DNA of 64,000 nt, from NCBI GenBank assembly GCA_964413015.1, contig CAYPQZ010000006.1, positions 7,070-71,069 of the forward strand. The letters run 5' to 3'. Under the pieces are notes generated by a model. It had not been told where the DNA came from and did not search any database. It saw nothing but the letters and a program-made list of their open reading frames with translations. This stretch comes from an uncultured Candidatus Saccharibacteria bacterium (GTDB lineage Bacteria; Patescibacteriota; Minisyncoccia; Portnoybacterales; UBA2143). The position numbers and the translations under genes are program-made. Each line of letters starts with the position of its first letter. The stretch's first letter is position 1. Shown piece by piece: positions 1 through 8,511 of the stretch.

Positions 1-492
1 TATTTAAGATGGTTGTTTACAACCTTATTCTTCCATCCTAGCTCAAGCTGAGTTATAATTGGGCGTTCTTTATTGTTCATCAGTTTTATGCTGGGTGTTC
101 GATTCCAATAAGACAGCCCCCAGCCTGTTCCGGCATAAAGTCGGTTGCGTTCGTTGATTTCTAAAAAATCATATGAGCCAATCAGAGTAATTCCGGTAGC
201 AAATACCGATGAACTTTTACCATTTTTATAGAATCGAAACGCGCCTATCGTTCCTTCCAGGCCAAGTTCGGCGAGATCCCAGGCGAAACCGATATAAGGG
301 TGTAGAACGTCGTGCTTCATATTATAATTATCGGTAGGGACGATTTTTAAATTTTTGGCCCGCCAATTGACTTGTTCACCGTAATAAAATCCTAGGCCGC
401 AGACAAGATCTTTAGCAATAGCGACTCTGGCCATAGGTATTATTTCTATAGCAATGATAAAGCAAAAGAATAAAGCTACTTTTTTAATATTC
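1..492 (-). CDS. secreted hypothetical protein, partial (C-terminus outside the window). It has an N-terminal signal peptide and an alternating hydrophobic, beta-strand-like pattern.
   Basis: Minus-strand ORF running to the window edge. ATG at 490-492 (read as CAT on +). N-terminus MNIKKVALFFCFIIAIEI is signal-like. No recognisable catalytic motif. Confidence 0.45.
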
Positions 493-938
493 ATTTTTCC
501 CTCCCTTTTTAGAACATTTTTGTGATTGTAATTGTAAAAGTGCATTAAAATCTTATTTTTGCATCTTGCTCAATAGAATACCTACTATTGTCTGTTTCGT
601 CAAGTTTTTGCTAAAGAAGAACAAAATAGCGATAGTAATAATTGCCATTATTATCGTTATGTCTATCTGATTTTTAATTAAGGGCGGCAAGGAGCCGGCT
701 GCCTGCAATATGGACGCAAAACTTTGTCTGAATGCAAAAGTCGGCTTTCGCATAGCCGACTTTATATTATAACCCTTGCAGAATATTTGTTATTTAACAT
801 GTTTAGTGAAAGGAGTTAATGGAGATGAGATTTCAAACATTAAGGAATGTTAAGAGAATGTTTTAGAACTAACGAAATCGCCTAGAGGAGTCGATTTTAT
901 ATTGAGATAATAAGATGGTTGTAGTATAATTAAAAAAC

Positions 939-1403
939 ATGAAAATAATACCAATTATAATCTCAATCGCGATTGCCCAATCAGCTGGAGCCATTGGTTC
1001 AGTTTTTACCGTCAGCAGTATCGGGACTTGGTTTGAAATTTTAGTTAAGCCGTCTTGGAATCCGCCGTCTTGGCTGTTTAGTCCGGTTTGGATTACCCTT
1101 TATGCTTTGATGGGCGTTGCCGCTTATTTGGTCTGGCAGCAGAAAGGATCAGCAGGAATTAAAATAGCTCTTGTGGTTTATGGAATCCATCTCGGTTTTA
1201 ACGCTTTATGGTCAATTTTATTTTTCGGCTTAAAAAATCCGGGAATTGCTTTTGCCGAAATAATAGTTTTACTGGCTTTAATTATTACAATCACTATTCT
1301 ATTTTGGCGGATTAATACTTGGGCCGGATTATTGCTTTTGCCGTACCTAATCTGGGTTTCTTTTGCCGCTTTCCTCAATTACGCTATTTGGCAATTAAAT
1401 TAA
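939..1403 (+). CDS. tspO: TspO/MBR family tryptophan-rich sensory protein
   Basis: 154 aa, 5 TM, W-rich motifs (WNPPSWLFSPVWITLYALMGVAAYLVW) typical of TspO. Confidence 0.75.
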   Translation: MKIIPIIISIAIAQSAGAIGSVFTVSSIGTWFEILVKPSWNPPSWLFSPVWITLYALMGVAAYLVWQQKGSAGIKIALVVYGIHLGFNALWSILFFGLKNPGIAFAEIIVLLALIITITILFWRINTWAGLLLLPYLIWVSFAAFLNYAIWQLN

Positions 1404-1478
1404 AACATTATAAGGGTCGATTTAATAATTAAATATAGGATCAATCATATAAAAGCAATAAAAACCATAGCTTTAATC

Positions 1479-1658
1479 TTGGTGATTATTGGCGGCTTGA
1501 ACTGGGGTTTAGTAGGTTTCTTCGGCTATAATTTAGTGGCGGCTCTTTTCGGAGAGATGTCTGCCGTTTCCAAGCTCGTTTACGATTTAGTCGGACTGTC
1601 GGCTTTGGCCCTTATTTTCCTTTCTTTCTCAAAGTCCGAGAACCAGCAAGTTAGTTAA
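1479..1658 (+). CDS. small DUF378-like membrane protein. The start is uncertain (TTG 1479 or GTG 1482; no in-frame ATG).
   Basis: Unlisted short ORF. Translation ...IIGGLNWGLVGFFGYNLVAALFGEMSAVSKLVYDLVGLSALALIF matches the GGLNWGLVG signature of DUF378. Confidence 0.4.
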   Translation: MVIIGGLNWGLVGFFGYNLVAALFGEMSAVSKLVYDLVGLSALALIFLSFSKSENQQVS

Positions 1659-1868
1659 AAATTTTAGCCTTTGGTTTGCCAAATCAGACTTAACCTCTGG
1701 CATTAAGTTAATTTTTTGATATGATTAAAATTTAAGATTCAAGAAATATGTCGAGTCTCTTTGACGTCTACGAAAAATTATTAAAATACTCGTTCCCTTT
1801 TTGGTTTTTGCCATATGTTTTTTATCGTTTGCTAATAAAGGATAGACGGGGCAGAAGCGAGTAATCAA

Positions 1869-2312
1869 ATGAAATTGTTAAAAGACAACAATTCCTTGCT
1901 GAAAGTTACTTTCTGGGCATTAATCGTTGTGTTCCTTTTTATTATCTGCCAGTTTTTTGTTCCGCAAGTCAGGGATAGGTTTATGGGTTCTGAAATATTC
2001 CTGATGCCTTTTGGAATTTTCTTTCTGCTGGGAATTATTTTAATTCTGCTGGCTTTGAAAAAGGGAAAAAGCTTACTTAAGAAGTTTTTGCTGTTGACCG
2101 GTATCTCCGCCAGCGGTTTTTTTATAGGGGTTTTTCTACATAATGCTTTTTACGCTTTGGCTGTCTTAACCAAACAAATAACTGTTTTGAGATATTTAAT
2201 GGAGTTACTGCACGAGTCGTTTTTCCTGCTTGGGACTTTGGCTTGCCCTCTGGGTTTTCTGGTCGGCGCCATCGGCTCAATAGTTTTATTCGTGAAGAAT
2301 AAGGAGGAATAA
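1869..2312 (+). CDS. hypothetical membrane protein
   Basis: 147 aa with 4 predicted TM segments. Sits immediately upstream of ychF. Confidence 0.45.
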   Translation: MKLLKDNNSLLKVTFWALIVVFLFIICQFFVPQVRDRFMGSEIFLMPFGIFFLLGIILILLALKKGKSLLKKFLLLTGISASGFFIGVFLHNAFYALAVLTKQITVLRYLMELLHESFFLLGTLACPLGFLVGAIGSIVLFVKNKEE

Positions 2313-2315
2313 TTT

Positions 2316-3377
2316 ATGTCTCTGTCCGTAGGGATTGTTGGTTTGCCAAATGTGGGCAAATCAACTTTGTTTCAAGCTATTACTAAAAAACAGGTTGACT
2401 GTTCCAATTATCCTTTTTGCACCATCGATCCTAACGTCGGCGTAGTAGCGGTGCCTGACCCGAGAGTTGATCAATTGGCTGAATTGACCAATTCAGCCAA
2501 AAAAATCTATACCACCATAGAGTTTGTGGATATTGCCGGGTTAGTTAAAGGAGCCAGCCAAGGCGAAGGATTAGGTAACAAATTTTTGGCCAATATCCGG
2601 GAAGTTGACCTGCTCGTCTATATCCTGCGTTGTTTTAAGAACGAAAAAATTGTTAACACCGAGTCAGAAATTGACCCTTTAGGCAACAAAGAAATTTTAG
2701 AAACCGAGATGGCCTTAAAGGATTTGGCTACAGTGGATAAGAGGGTTAAGGACTTATCAAAAGAATCCAAAGCCGGCGATAAAAAAGTTCTTAAGGAATT
2801 GGCCGTTTTAACCAGAGCGCGTGATTTTCTGCAAGCAGGGAAAATCTTAGCCGGTGAAAACTGGGAGGAATCGGAAGAAAAAATTTTAAACAATTACCAA
2901 TTATTAACTCTTAAACCAAGATTGTATTTGCTAAACGGGAATGAAGACGAAGTCCCCGCAAGGGTGATTGAGGAATTTAAGAAGCATAATTGGCATTTTT
3001 TAATTCTGGACATTTTGACCGAATTTGACGCGGCCGGGTTAAGCGCTGAAGAGAGGAAAGAATTTGATTTGCCGGATGATTTGAGAATTGATACTTTGAT
3101 AAAAGAGTCCTATAAACTGCTCAATTTGATTACTTTTCTGACTACCGGCTCGGACGAAACGCGCGCTTGGACTCTTGAAAAAGGCAAAAAAGCGCCCCAG
3201 GCTGGGGGCGTTATTCACAGCGATTTTGAAACTCGTTTTATTCGGGCGGAGGTTATTAATTGGCAGGATTTGATTGAAGCGGAAGGATTTGCCAAGGCCC
3301 GAGAAAAAGGATTAATCAGAACCGAAGGCCGGGATTACCTTATCCAAGACGGCGATGTAATTGAGATAAAGATTTAA
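2316..3377 (+). CDS. ychF: ribosome-binding ATPase YchF (Obg-family GTPase)
   Basis: G1 motif [14 protein letters not shown], then NxxD and a TGS-like C-terminus. AAGGAGG RBS upstream. Confidence 0.9.
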   Translation: MSLSVGIVGLPNVGKSTLFQAITKKQVDCSNYPFCTIDPNVGVVAVPDPRVDQLAELTNSAKKIYTTIEFVDIAGLVKGASQGEGLGNKFLANIREVDLLVYILRCFKNEKIVNTESEIDPLGNKEILETEMALKDLATVDKRVKDLSKESKAGDKKVLKELAVLTRARDFLQAGKILAGENWEESEEKILNNYQLLTLKPRLYLLNGNEDEVPARVIEEFKKHNWHFLILDILTEFDAAGLSAEERKEFDLPDDLRIDTLIKESYKLLNLITFLTTGSDETRAWTLEKGKKAPQAGGVIHSDFETRFIRAEVINWQDLIEAEGFAKAREKGLIRTEGRDYLIQDGDVIEIKI

Positions 3378-3384
3378 GACAGTT

Positions 3385-3405
3385 TTGAGACGTTGGACGT
3401 CTCAA
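3385..3405. repeat. REP-like 21-bp perfect palindrome TTGAGACGT-TGG-ACGTCTCAA (copy 1, 5' flank of the transposase gene)
   Basis: Exact palindrome seen directly. Same unit at 3592-3612, 4055-4075 and 21404-21424. Confidence 0.8.
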
Positions 3406-3411
3406 AAAACT

Positions 3412-4080
3412 ATGAGAAAAACACAATTAGTAAATGGGGAATTCTATCATATCTATAATCGTGGAGCAGATAAGCGAGCTATCTTTGGAGACGAATATGA
3501 TATAAAAAGATTTTTCCAGAGCATGGATGAGTTTAATATCCTTAAACCTATTGGCAGCATCTACAGAAATAATCTTTTAATAAATAAAAATTTGAGACGT
3601 CCAACGTCTCAAGTGCCTAAATTGGTTAATTTTATTTGTTTCTGCCTCAATCCCAATCACTATCATTTTATCATGGAACAAATTACAGATAATGGTATAA
3701 GTGAATTTATGAAAAGGTTAGGCGGTGGATATACAAAATATTTTAATGAGAAATACAAACGAAGCGGTGTACTTTTTCAGGGAAGATTTAAATCCGCGCA
3801 TATAAATTCAGATGAGTATTTGTTGCACTTAAGCGCATATGTTAATTTGAATAATCATGTTCATAAACTTAAAGGTTCGAAGGTTCAATTTATAAAATCG
3901 AGCTGGGAAGAATATGTTGGGAGAAGTCAGGAAAATTTTTGTAAAAAAGATATTATTTTAAAACAATTCAACAATTCAAAAGAATATATAGATTTTGCTA
4001 AGAGTTCACTAGAGAATATTATAAAAAGAAAAGAAGCAATGAGCGATTTATTAATTGAGACGTTGGACGTCTCAATTTAG
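3412..4080 (+). CDS. IS200/IS605-like HUH tyrosine transposase (REP-associated RayT-like)
   Basis: N-terminal GEFYHIYNRG, HUH motif NHYHFIME and catalytic-Tyr region GGGYTKYFNEKYKRSG. The listed ORF starts at TTG 3385 inside the palindrome; ATG 3412 is the likely true start. The last 8 codons (IETLDVSI) are encoded by the 3' palindrome. Confidence 0.7.
   Translation: MRKTQLVNGEFYHIYNRGADKRAIFGDEYDIKRFFQSMDEFNILKPIGSIYRNNLLINKNLRRPTSQVPKLVNFICFCLNPNHYHFIMEQITDNGISEFMKRLGGGYTKYFNEKYKRSGVLFQGRFKSAHINSDEYLLHLSAYVNLNNHVHKLKGSKVQFIKSSWEEYVGRSQENFCKKDIILKQFNNSKEYIDFAKSSLENIIKRKEAMSDLLIETLDVSI
3592..3612. repeat. REP-like palindrome copy 2 (CCA-centred), in-frame inside the transposase gene
   Basis: TTGAGACGTCCAACGTCTCAA encodes LRRPTSQ within a segment that looks inserted relative to canonical RayT. 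Confidence 0.75.
4055..4075. repeat. REP-like palindrome copy 3 (3' flank, overlapping the transposase stop and the sufB/D stop)
   Basis: TTGAGACGTTGGACGTCTCAA seen directly. Confidence 0.8.
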
Positions 4081-4974
4081 AAAGCCGTTGATGATAAGGT
4101 TAATGGCCTGCTTTTCGGAAAATCCTCTGGTTCTTAAATAATTTAATTCCTGTTCGGATATTTTCCCGATAGAGGCCTCGTGGGTAAGTAGGGCCTTTTT
4201 GTTTTTAATGATTAGTTCGGGAGAAAGCTTGATTTCAGAATGGTCGTTAACCAATAGCCCTTGGCAGTCTAGATGGCCTTGGCCAGCGGCTTGGGCAACA
4301 ATTTGGCTTTGAGCTTTAATTCGGCTGTTTTTTCTGCCTACCAGACGCAAACGGGTTATCCCATGGCTTCCTTGGCCTTTTAAAATTATAGCATCATTAA
4401 GGTCAACTTTTGAGTTAAGGCAATTAAGCGACATTCTTAAATTGGCTTTTGCCTTTTTAGAAACGTTTACTTTAGTATCCATGGTTAATTCCTTCGGAGC
4501 CGACATGTTTTTATAGATATAGTCCAGTTCTGATTTTTCACTCAGGTCAAATTCGTAGTTTGTTTTAACCGTATTCTTTTCTCCCCACAAATGGTTGTGT
4601 TCGTATTTTAAAATGGCTCCCGGCTTAAGGACGATTTTCCCAGAAGCTTTATGAGAGCCGGAACATTTTTTATCCGTTATATTGCAGGAACCAAAAACCT
4701 TTACCACTAAATTCTTTTCTACAATTAGGAGATTCTGAAGTTTCTGGCTGGTATTTTTATTAGCCAAGCTGATACAGGTGAATAAAGGAGAATTTATTTT
4801 TTCCTTAACCCAGATAAAGTAGCCATATTGGGGCCTTGTTTTAAAATATTTTTTAGTCCAGCTTATTTCTTTCCAGGCCTTGGCGCTGGGAACAATCAAA
4901 GCCCCTTTGATTTGGGAAATATTCTTTATTTTATTATCAACTTGCCAATAATGGGCATTTTTTGCATTTTTCAT
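4072..4974 (-). CDS. sufD: Fe-S cluster assembly protein, SufB/SufD family (short form, 300 aa)
   Basis: C-terminal ...THEASIGKISEQELNYLRTRGFSEKQAINLIINGF is typical of the SufB/D family. Adjacent to and overlapping sufC. Confidence 0.65.
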   Translation of the reverse strand: MKNAKNAHYWQVDNKIKNISQIKGALIVPSAKAWKEISWTKKYFKTRPQYGYFIWVKEKINSPLFTCISLANKNTSQKLQNLLIVEKNLVVKVFGSCNITDKKCSGSHKASGKIVLKPGAILKYEHNHLWGEKNTVKTNYEFDLSEKSELDYIYKNMSAPKELTMDTKVNVSKKAKANLRMSLNCLNSKVDLNDAIILKGQGSHGITRLRLVGRKNSRIKAQSQIVAQAAGQGHLDCQGLLVNDHSEIKLSPELIIKNKKALLTHEASIGKISEQELNYLRTRGFSEKQAINLIINGFLN

Positions 4975-5644
4975 AGCCGTGTTTTTTGATTACTTGAAGG
5001 ACTTTTTGATAATTTCTTTCCCGGCAGATAATTTTTCCGTCAAGCATCACGTTGGTTATCTGCGGCTTTAAGAATTTAAGAATCGTTCCAGAATGGGTGA
5101 TTAGCAGAATGGAGATTTTCTTATCTACCAATTCTCTTTTTATTACCCCGGCGACTTCTTCTATTTTTTTCAAATCCAGCCCGGAATCGATTTCGTCCAG
5201 AATAACCAGTTTGGGATTAAGCGCCAGAATTTGGGATAGCTCGGATATTTTTTTTTCTCCGCCGGAAAAATCAAGATTTACTTCCCGGTCCATTAAATCA
5301 GCCGCTATAAGGTTTTCTTTGTTATCTGTCTGGGAAATTTTATCAATTAAGGAAGAAAGCTTAACCCCTTTTATTGACGGGGGATTTTGCCAGCTTAAGG
5401 CCAGGCCCAGCTTGACTCTTTTTTCAGGCGCCAATTTGGTGATATCTTTTTTATTAAAATAGATTTTTCCCTGTGATATTTGATACTTGGGATTCCCGGA
5501 GATTGTCTGGGCCAGAGTGCTTTTCCCGGAAGCGTTCGGTCCTAAAAAAGCCTGGACTTGCCCTTGTTTTACGGCCAGGTTAACTCCTTTCAAGATTTCC
5601 TTGTTTTCCGCTTTGACTTTTAAATTTTTGACTTCTAAAAGCAT
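4937..5644 (-). CDS. sufC: Fe-S cluster assembly ATPase SufC
   Basis: Walker A GPNASGKSTL, ABC signature FSGGEKK, Walker B ILDEIDSGLD. Confidence 0.85.
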   Translation of the reverse strand: MLLEVKNLKVKAENKEILKGVNLAVKQGQVQAFLGPNASGKSTLAQTISGNPKYQISQGKIYFNKKDITKLAPEKRVKLGLALSWQNPPSIKGVKLSSLIDKISQTDNKENLIAADLMDREVNLDFSGGEKKISELSQILALNPKLVILDEIDSGLDLKKIEEVAGVIKRELVDKKISILLITHSGTILKFLKPQITNVMLDGKIICRERNYQKVLQVIKKHGYEKCKKCPLLAS

Positions 5645-5697
5645 AGCTTAAATCTACCATATCTTATCATTTTTTCAATGTATGGTATAATCTGAAT

Positions 5698-6489
5698 ATG
5701 ACCGAGCAAATAGTTTTGGGAATTATTCAGGGCGTTTTTGAATGGCTGCCAATTAGTTCGGAGGGAATAACTGTTTTAGTCGCCAGTAATTTTTTTGGCC
5801 AATTATCTCTTGAAACAGTTATCAGATATTCCTTGTTTCTTCATTTAGGCACTTTTTTGGCCGCTCTAATCTATTTCCGTAAAGACGTCTGGTCTTTATT
5901 AAAAGCGTTGTTGAATTACCGTTTGGCTGAAAAGAACGTCCAAAATATTTTCAAGTTTTTAGTCATTTCCACTTTAGTAAGCGGTTTTTTAGGTTTTGCA
6001 ATTTTTAAAATTTTCTCCGGATTTGAAGAACGACTGGCTTCATCGGCTAAAATGATTACTTTAATAATCGGTTTGCTTCTTCTGGTTACCGCCGGACTGC
6101 AGATTAAAGCAAAAAAAGACAGCCAAAAAAAAGCGAAGCAGTTAAGTCAAAAAGACGGCTGGTTGCTTGGCCTGATGCAGAGTCTGGCTGTCTTGCCCGG
6201 CTTGTCCCGTTCCGGATTGACTGTTTCGACTTTGCTGTTAAGGAAATTTAATGAAGAATTTGCCTTGAAATTAAGCTTTTTAATGAGCTTGCCGATTGTT
6301 TTAGGAGGGAACATCGCTCTTAACTTTAAAGACGCGGAATTTTCCTTATCAATGGTTTGGGGATTAGTTTTTTCCTTTGTTTTTGGATTGGCAACGATCA
6401 GCTTGCTATTAAAACTGGCCAGAAAAATCAACTTTGGCTGGTTCGTGTTTATCTTTGGGATATTGATTATTGCCTCGCTATTTGTTTGA
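5698..6489 (+). CDS. uppP: undecaprenyl-diphosphatase UppP/BacA
   Basis: IQGVFEWLPISSEG motif, about 8 TM segments. Confidence 0.85.
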   Translation: MTEQIVLGIIQGVFEWLPISSEGITVLVASNFFGQLSLETVIRYSLFLHLGTFLAALIYFRKDVWSLLKALLNYRLAEKNVQNIFKFLVISTLVSGFLGFAIFKIFSGFEERLASSAKMITLIIGLLLLVTAGLQIKAKKDSQKKAKQLSQKDGWLLGLMQSLAVLPGLSRSGLTVSTLLLRKFNEEFALKLSFLMSLPIVLGGNIALNFKDAEFSLSMVWGLVFSFVFGLATISLLLKLARKINFGWFVFIFGILIIASLFV

Positions 6490-6504
6490 TGTTAAAATAT
6501 TTAT

Positions 6505-7002
6505 ATGTCGCAAAAAAGAAAATTAGCTAAAAATTTAGAAAAAGTTTCTAAAAAGTTTTTGGATTTTGATGAAAGGAAAAAACTTTTGGATTCGCTGAAA
6601 GGAGATAGGACAGAATGGTTCAGATGGTCGGCTGAAATCAAGAATATTTTTAAAAATTTGGATAAGACAGAAGCGGTTAAGTTTTCCGCCCTGGTTTTGG
6701 CTTTGGAACAGAAACCGGACAGTCGGTTTTGCCTTAATCAGCTTAAAAAGTTTTTAATAGAGAAAACCGAATTTTACAAGTATTACGATTTCAAACTGGA
6801 AAGGGATTTGAAAAAAATAAAAGGGAAAAGCAAGAATCTCTGGATAAGCAAGATTCTACGGCTTTTTATCAGCCGTTCTTTTCTGGGAATTTTAATTTTA
6901 GCTTTAATTCTCGGCTTTATTATCTGGTTTTACACAGATAGGGAGAGCTGTTTGGAATTCGTTAATGGTGTGGTCGGACCATTTTTAAAAGCTATTAAAT
7001 AG
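6505..7002 (+). CDS. hypothetical protein with a C-terminal TM segment
   Basis: 165-aa ORF with no recognisable motif. Confidence 0.35.
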   Translation: MSQKRKLAKNLEKVSKKFLDFDERKKLLDSLKGDRTEWFRWSAEIKNIFKNLDKTEAVKFSALVLALEQKPDSRFCLNQLKKFLIEKTEFYKYYDFKLERDLKKIKGKSKNLWISKILRLFISRSFLGILILALILGFIIWFYTDRESCLEFVNGVVGPFLKAIK

Positions 7003-7010
7003 TTAAAATT

Positions 7011-7442
7011 ATGGAGAAAAAAATTCACCATCCAATCATTCGGACGGTTTATCTGTACCTTTTCGCTTTGGTAGGTCTAGTTTTATTAATTATCGGCCTG
7101 GTCCGATTTGTGGATATGGGGCTCAAGGCGTATGTTTTTACCAAGGCCGAAGATGAAGAACGACTCTATGATTTAAAACCGCCAACTCCTTATGAACTTA
7201 TGGAGGTTGTGAGAATCAAGGATAATTCGGAATTGTCCAGAGAACAGAAAGATGCTATTGAAAGATGGCTGGGAGATTACGATGAATGGGTTGAAAGAAG
7301 CGAAAATTTTGACGCGGTAACCGCCCGCCGGCACCGAAACGCATCTACCAATTTATCAATGATTTTGATCGGTTTGCCTTTATTCTTCTATCATTGGAGA
7401 ATTATTCAAAGAGAAACTAAGAAGAAAAAAAAGAATTATTAA
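7011..7442 (+). CDS. hypothetical membrane protein (2 TM)
   Basis: 143-aa ORF. Confidence 0.35.
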   Translation: MEKKIHHPIIRTVYLYLFALVGLVLLIIGLVRFVDMGLKAYVFTKAEDEERLYDLKPPTPYELMEVVRIKDNSELSREQKDAIERWLGDYDEWVERSENFDAVTARRHRNASTNLSMILIGLPLFFYHWRIIQRETKKKKKNY

Positions 7443-7456
7443 AAGGATAAATTATT

Positions 7457-8230
7457 ATGGAAATATTAAAAGACAAATTCTTGTTGGGCGTTTTAGTCGT
7501 TTTTTTGGCCGTTTTAACGGTCTCAACGGCGGTTAGCGTTCAGAATAAGATAAAAGAGGGGAAATATATTGGCCAGGAAATTGAGACCAAGAATACAATT
7601 ACGGTTTCAGGCCAAGGAGAGGTCTATACCAAGCCGGATTTAGCTTTAGCTGTCTTTTCGGTTGAAACAGAGGCTAAAACAGTTGTTCAGGCAATGTTGG
7701 AGAATACAGACAAGATGAACAATATCATTAATAAGATGAAAGGCGCGGGGATTAAGGAGAAAGATTTGAAAACCACTGATTTTAATCTTTACCCCCGTTA
7801 TGAGTATAGGAGGGAGAGCAGTATTTACCCAACTGGAGAGCGAGTGTTAGCCGGCTATAACGTTACCCAGTCACTTCAGGTAAAAATCCGTGATTTGGAT
7901 AAGATCGGTGGAGTAATTCAGCAAGCGACTGACGCTGGAGCCAACCAGGTAGGCAGTCTGCAATTTACCGTTGACGATGAAGACGAATTTAAGAATCAGG
8001 CCAGGAAATTGGCAATTCAAGAAGCCAGGGACAGGGCCGAAGCCATCGCCGACCAATTGAGCGTGAACTTAGTCAGGGTTGTTAGTTTTAGCGAGAGCGG
8101 TTATGCGCCAAGCTATGATTACAGTTTAATGGAAAAAGCGCCGGTTAGCGGCGGCGGAGAAACGCCGCAGATAGAAACCGGAGAAAACAAAATCCAAGTT
8201 TCCGTAAGCATCACTTACGAGATAAATTAA
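7457..8230 (+). CDS. SIMPL-domain protein (DUF541, 26-kDa periplasmic immunogenic protein family)
   Basis: Signal/TM followed by ITVSGQGEVYTKPDLALAVFSVETEAKTVVQA..., typical SIMPL. Confidence 0.7.
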   Translation: MEILKDKFLLGVLVVFLAVLTVSTAVSVQNKIKEGKYIGQEIETKNTITVSGQGEVYTKPDLALAVFSVETEAKTVVQAMLENTDKMNNIINKMKGAGIKEKDLKTTDFNLYPRYEYRRESSIYPTGERVLAGYNVTQSLQVKIRDLDKIGGVIQQATDAGANQVGSLQFTVDDEDEFKNQARKLAIQEARDRAEAIADQLSVNLVRVVSFSESGYAPSYDYSLMEKAPVSGGGETPQIETGENKIQVSVSITYEIN

Positions 8231-8261
8231 AAGAGACTTAAAAGGCTGTTTTTTGCGCTTA

Positions 8262-8345
8262 AGGATTGTTATTGAAGAAGGCATAAAGGACAGTCCTTAA
8301 AATAATGTTTCTTAACGATAAGGACAGTTCTTATCAGCTTGTCTT
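8262..8345. repeat. degenerate/chimeric copy of the family-A hairpin repeat
   Basis: aaggacagtccttaaaata ... gataaggacagttcttatc, related to the family-A arms. Confidence 0.4.
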
Positions 8346-8360
8346 ATCGGATTCCCCCCC

Positions 8361-8465
8361 TTGTCAAAATTTAAGGAGTCGTCCTTTTCCTCCAGAGGCG
8401 GACAGGCGGACACGCCCTTTGTCTGCGGCAAAGGGAAGTGATCCTCAATGACAATCCTTAAATTT
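8361..8465 (-). repeat. family-B ~105-nt TIR-bearing intergenic repeat (copy B1, reverse orientation)
   Basis: ttgtcaaaatttaaggagtcgtcc...cctcaatgacaatccttaaattt; shares its termini with the other five copies. Confidence 0.75.
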
Positions 8466-8511
8466 AAATTTCTCTGGACAAAATAAATCTCCCTGTTATA
8501 ATTACCTAATT

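Noticed and set aside
553-753. 66-aa minus-strand ORF
   Set aside because: Overlaps the family-C palindrome at 738-763. Hydrophobic but with no RBS or context, so probably spurious.
5052-5462. 136-aa + strand ORF
   Set aside because: Antisense to sufC.
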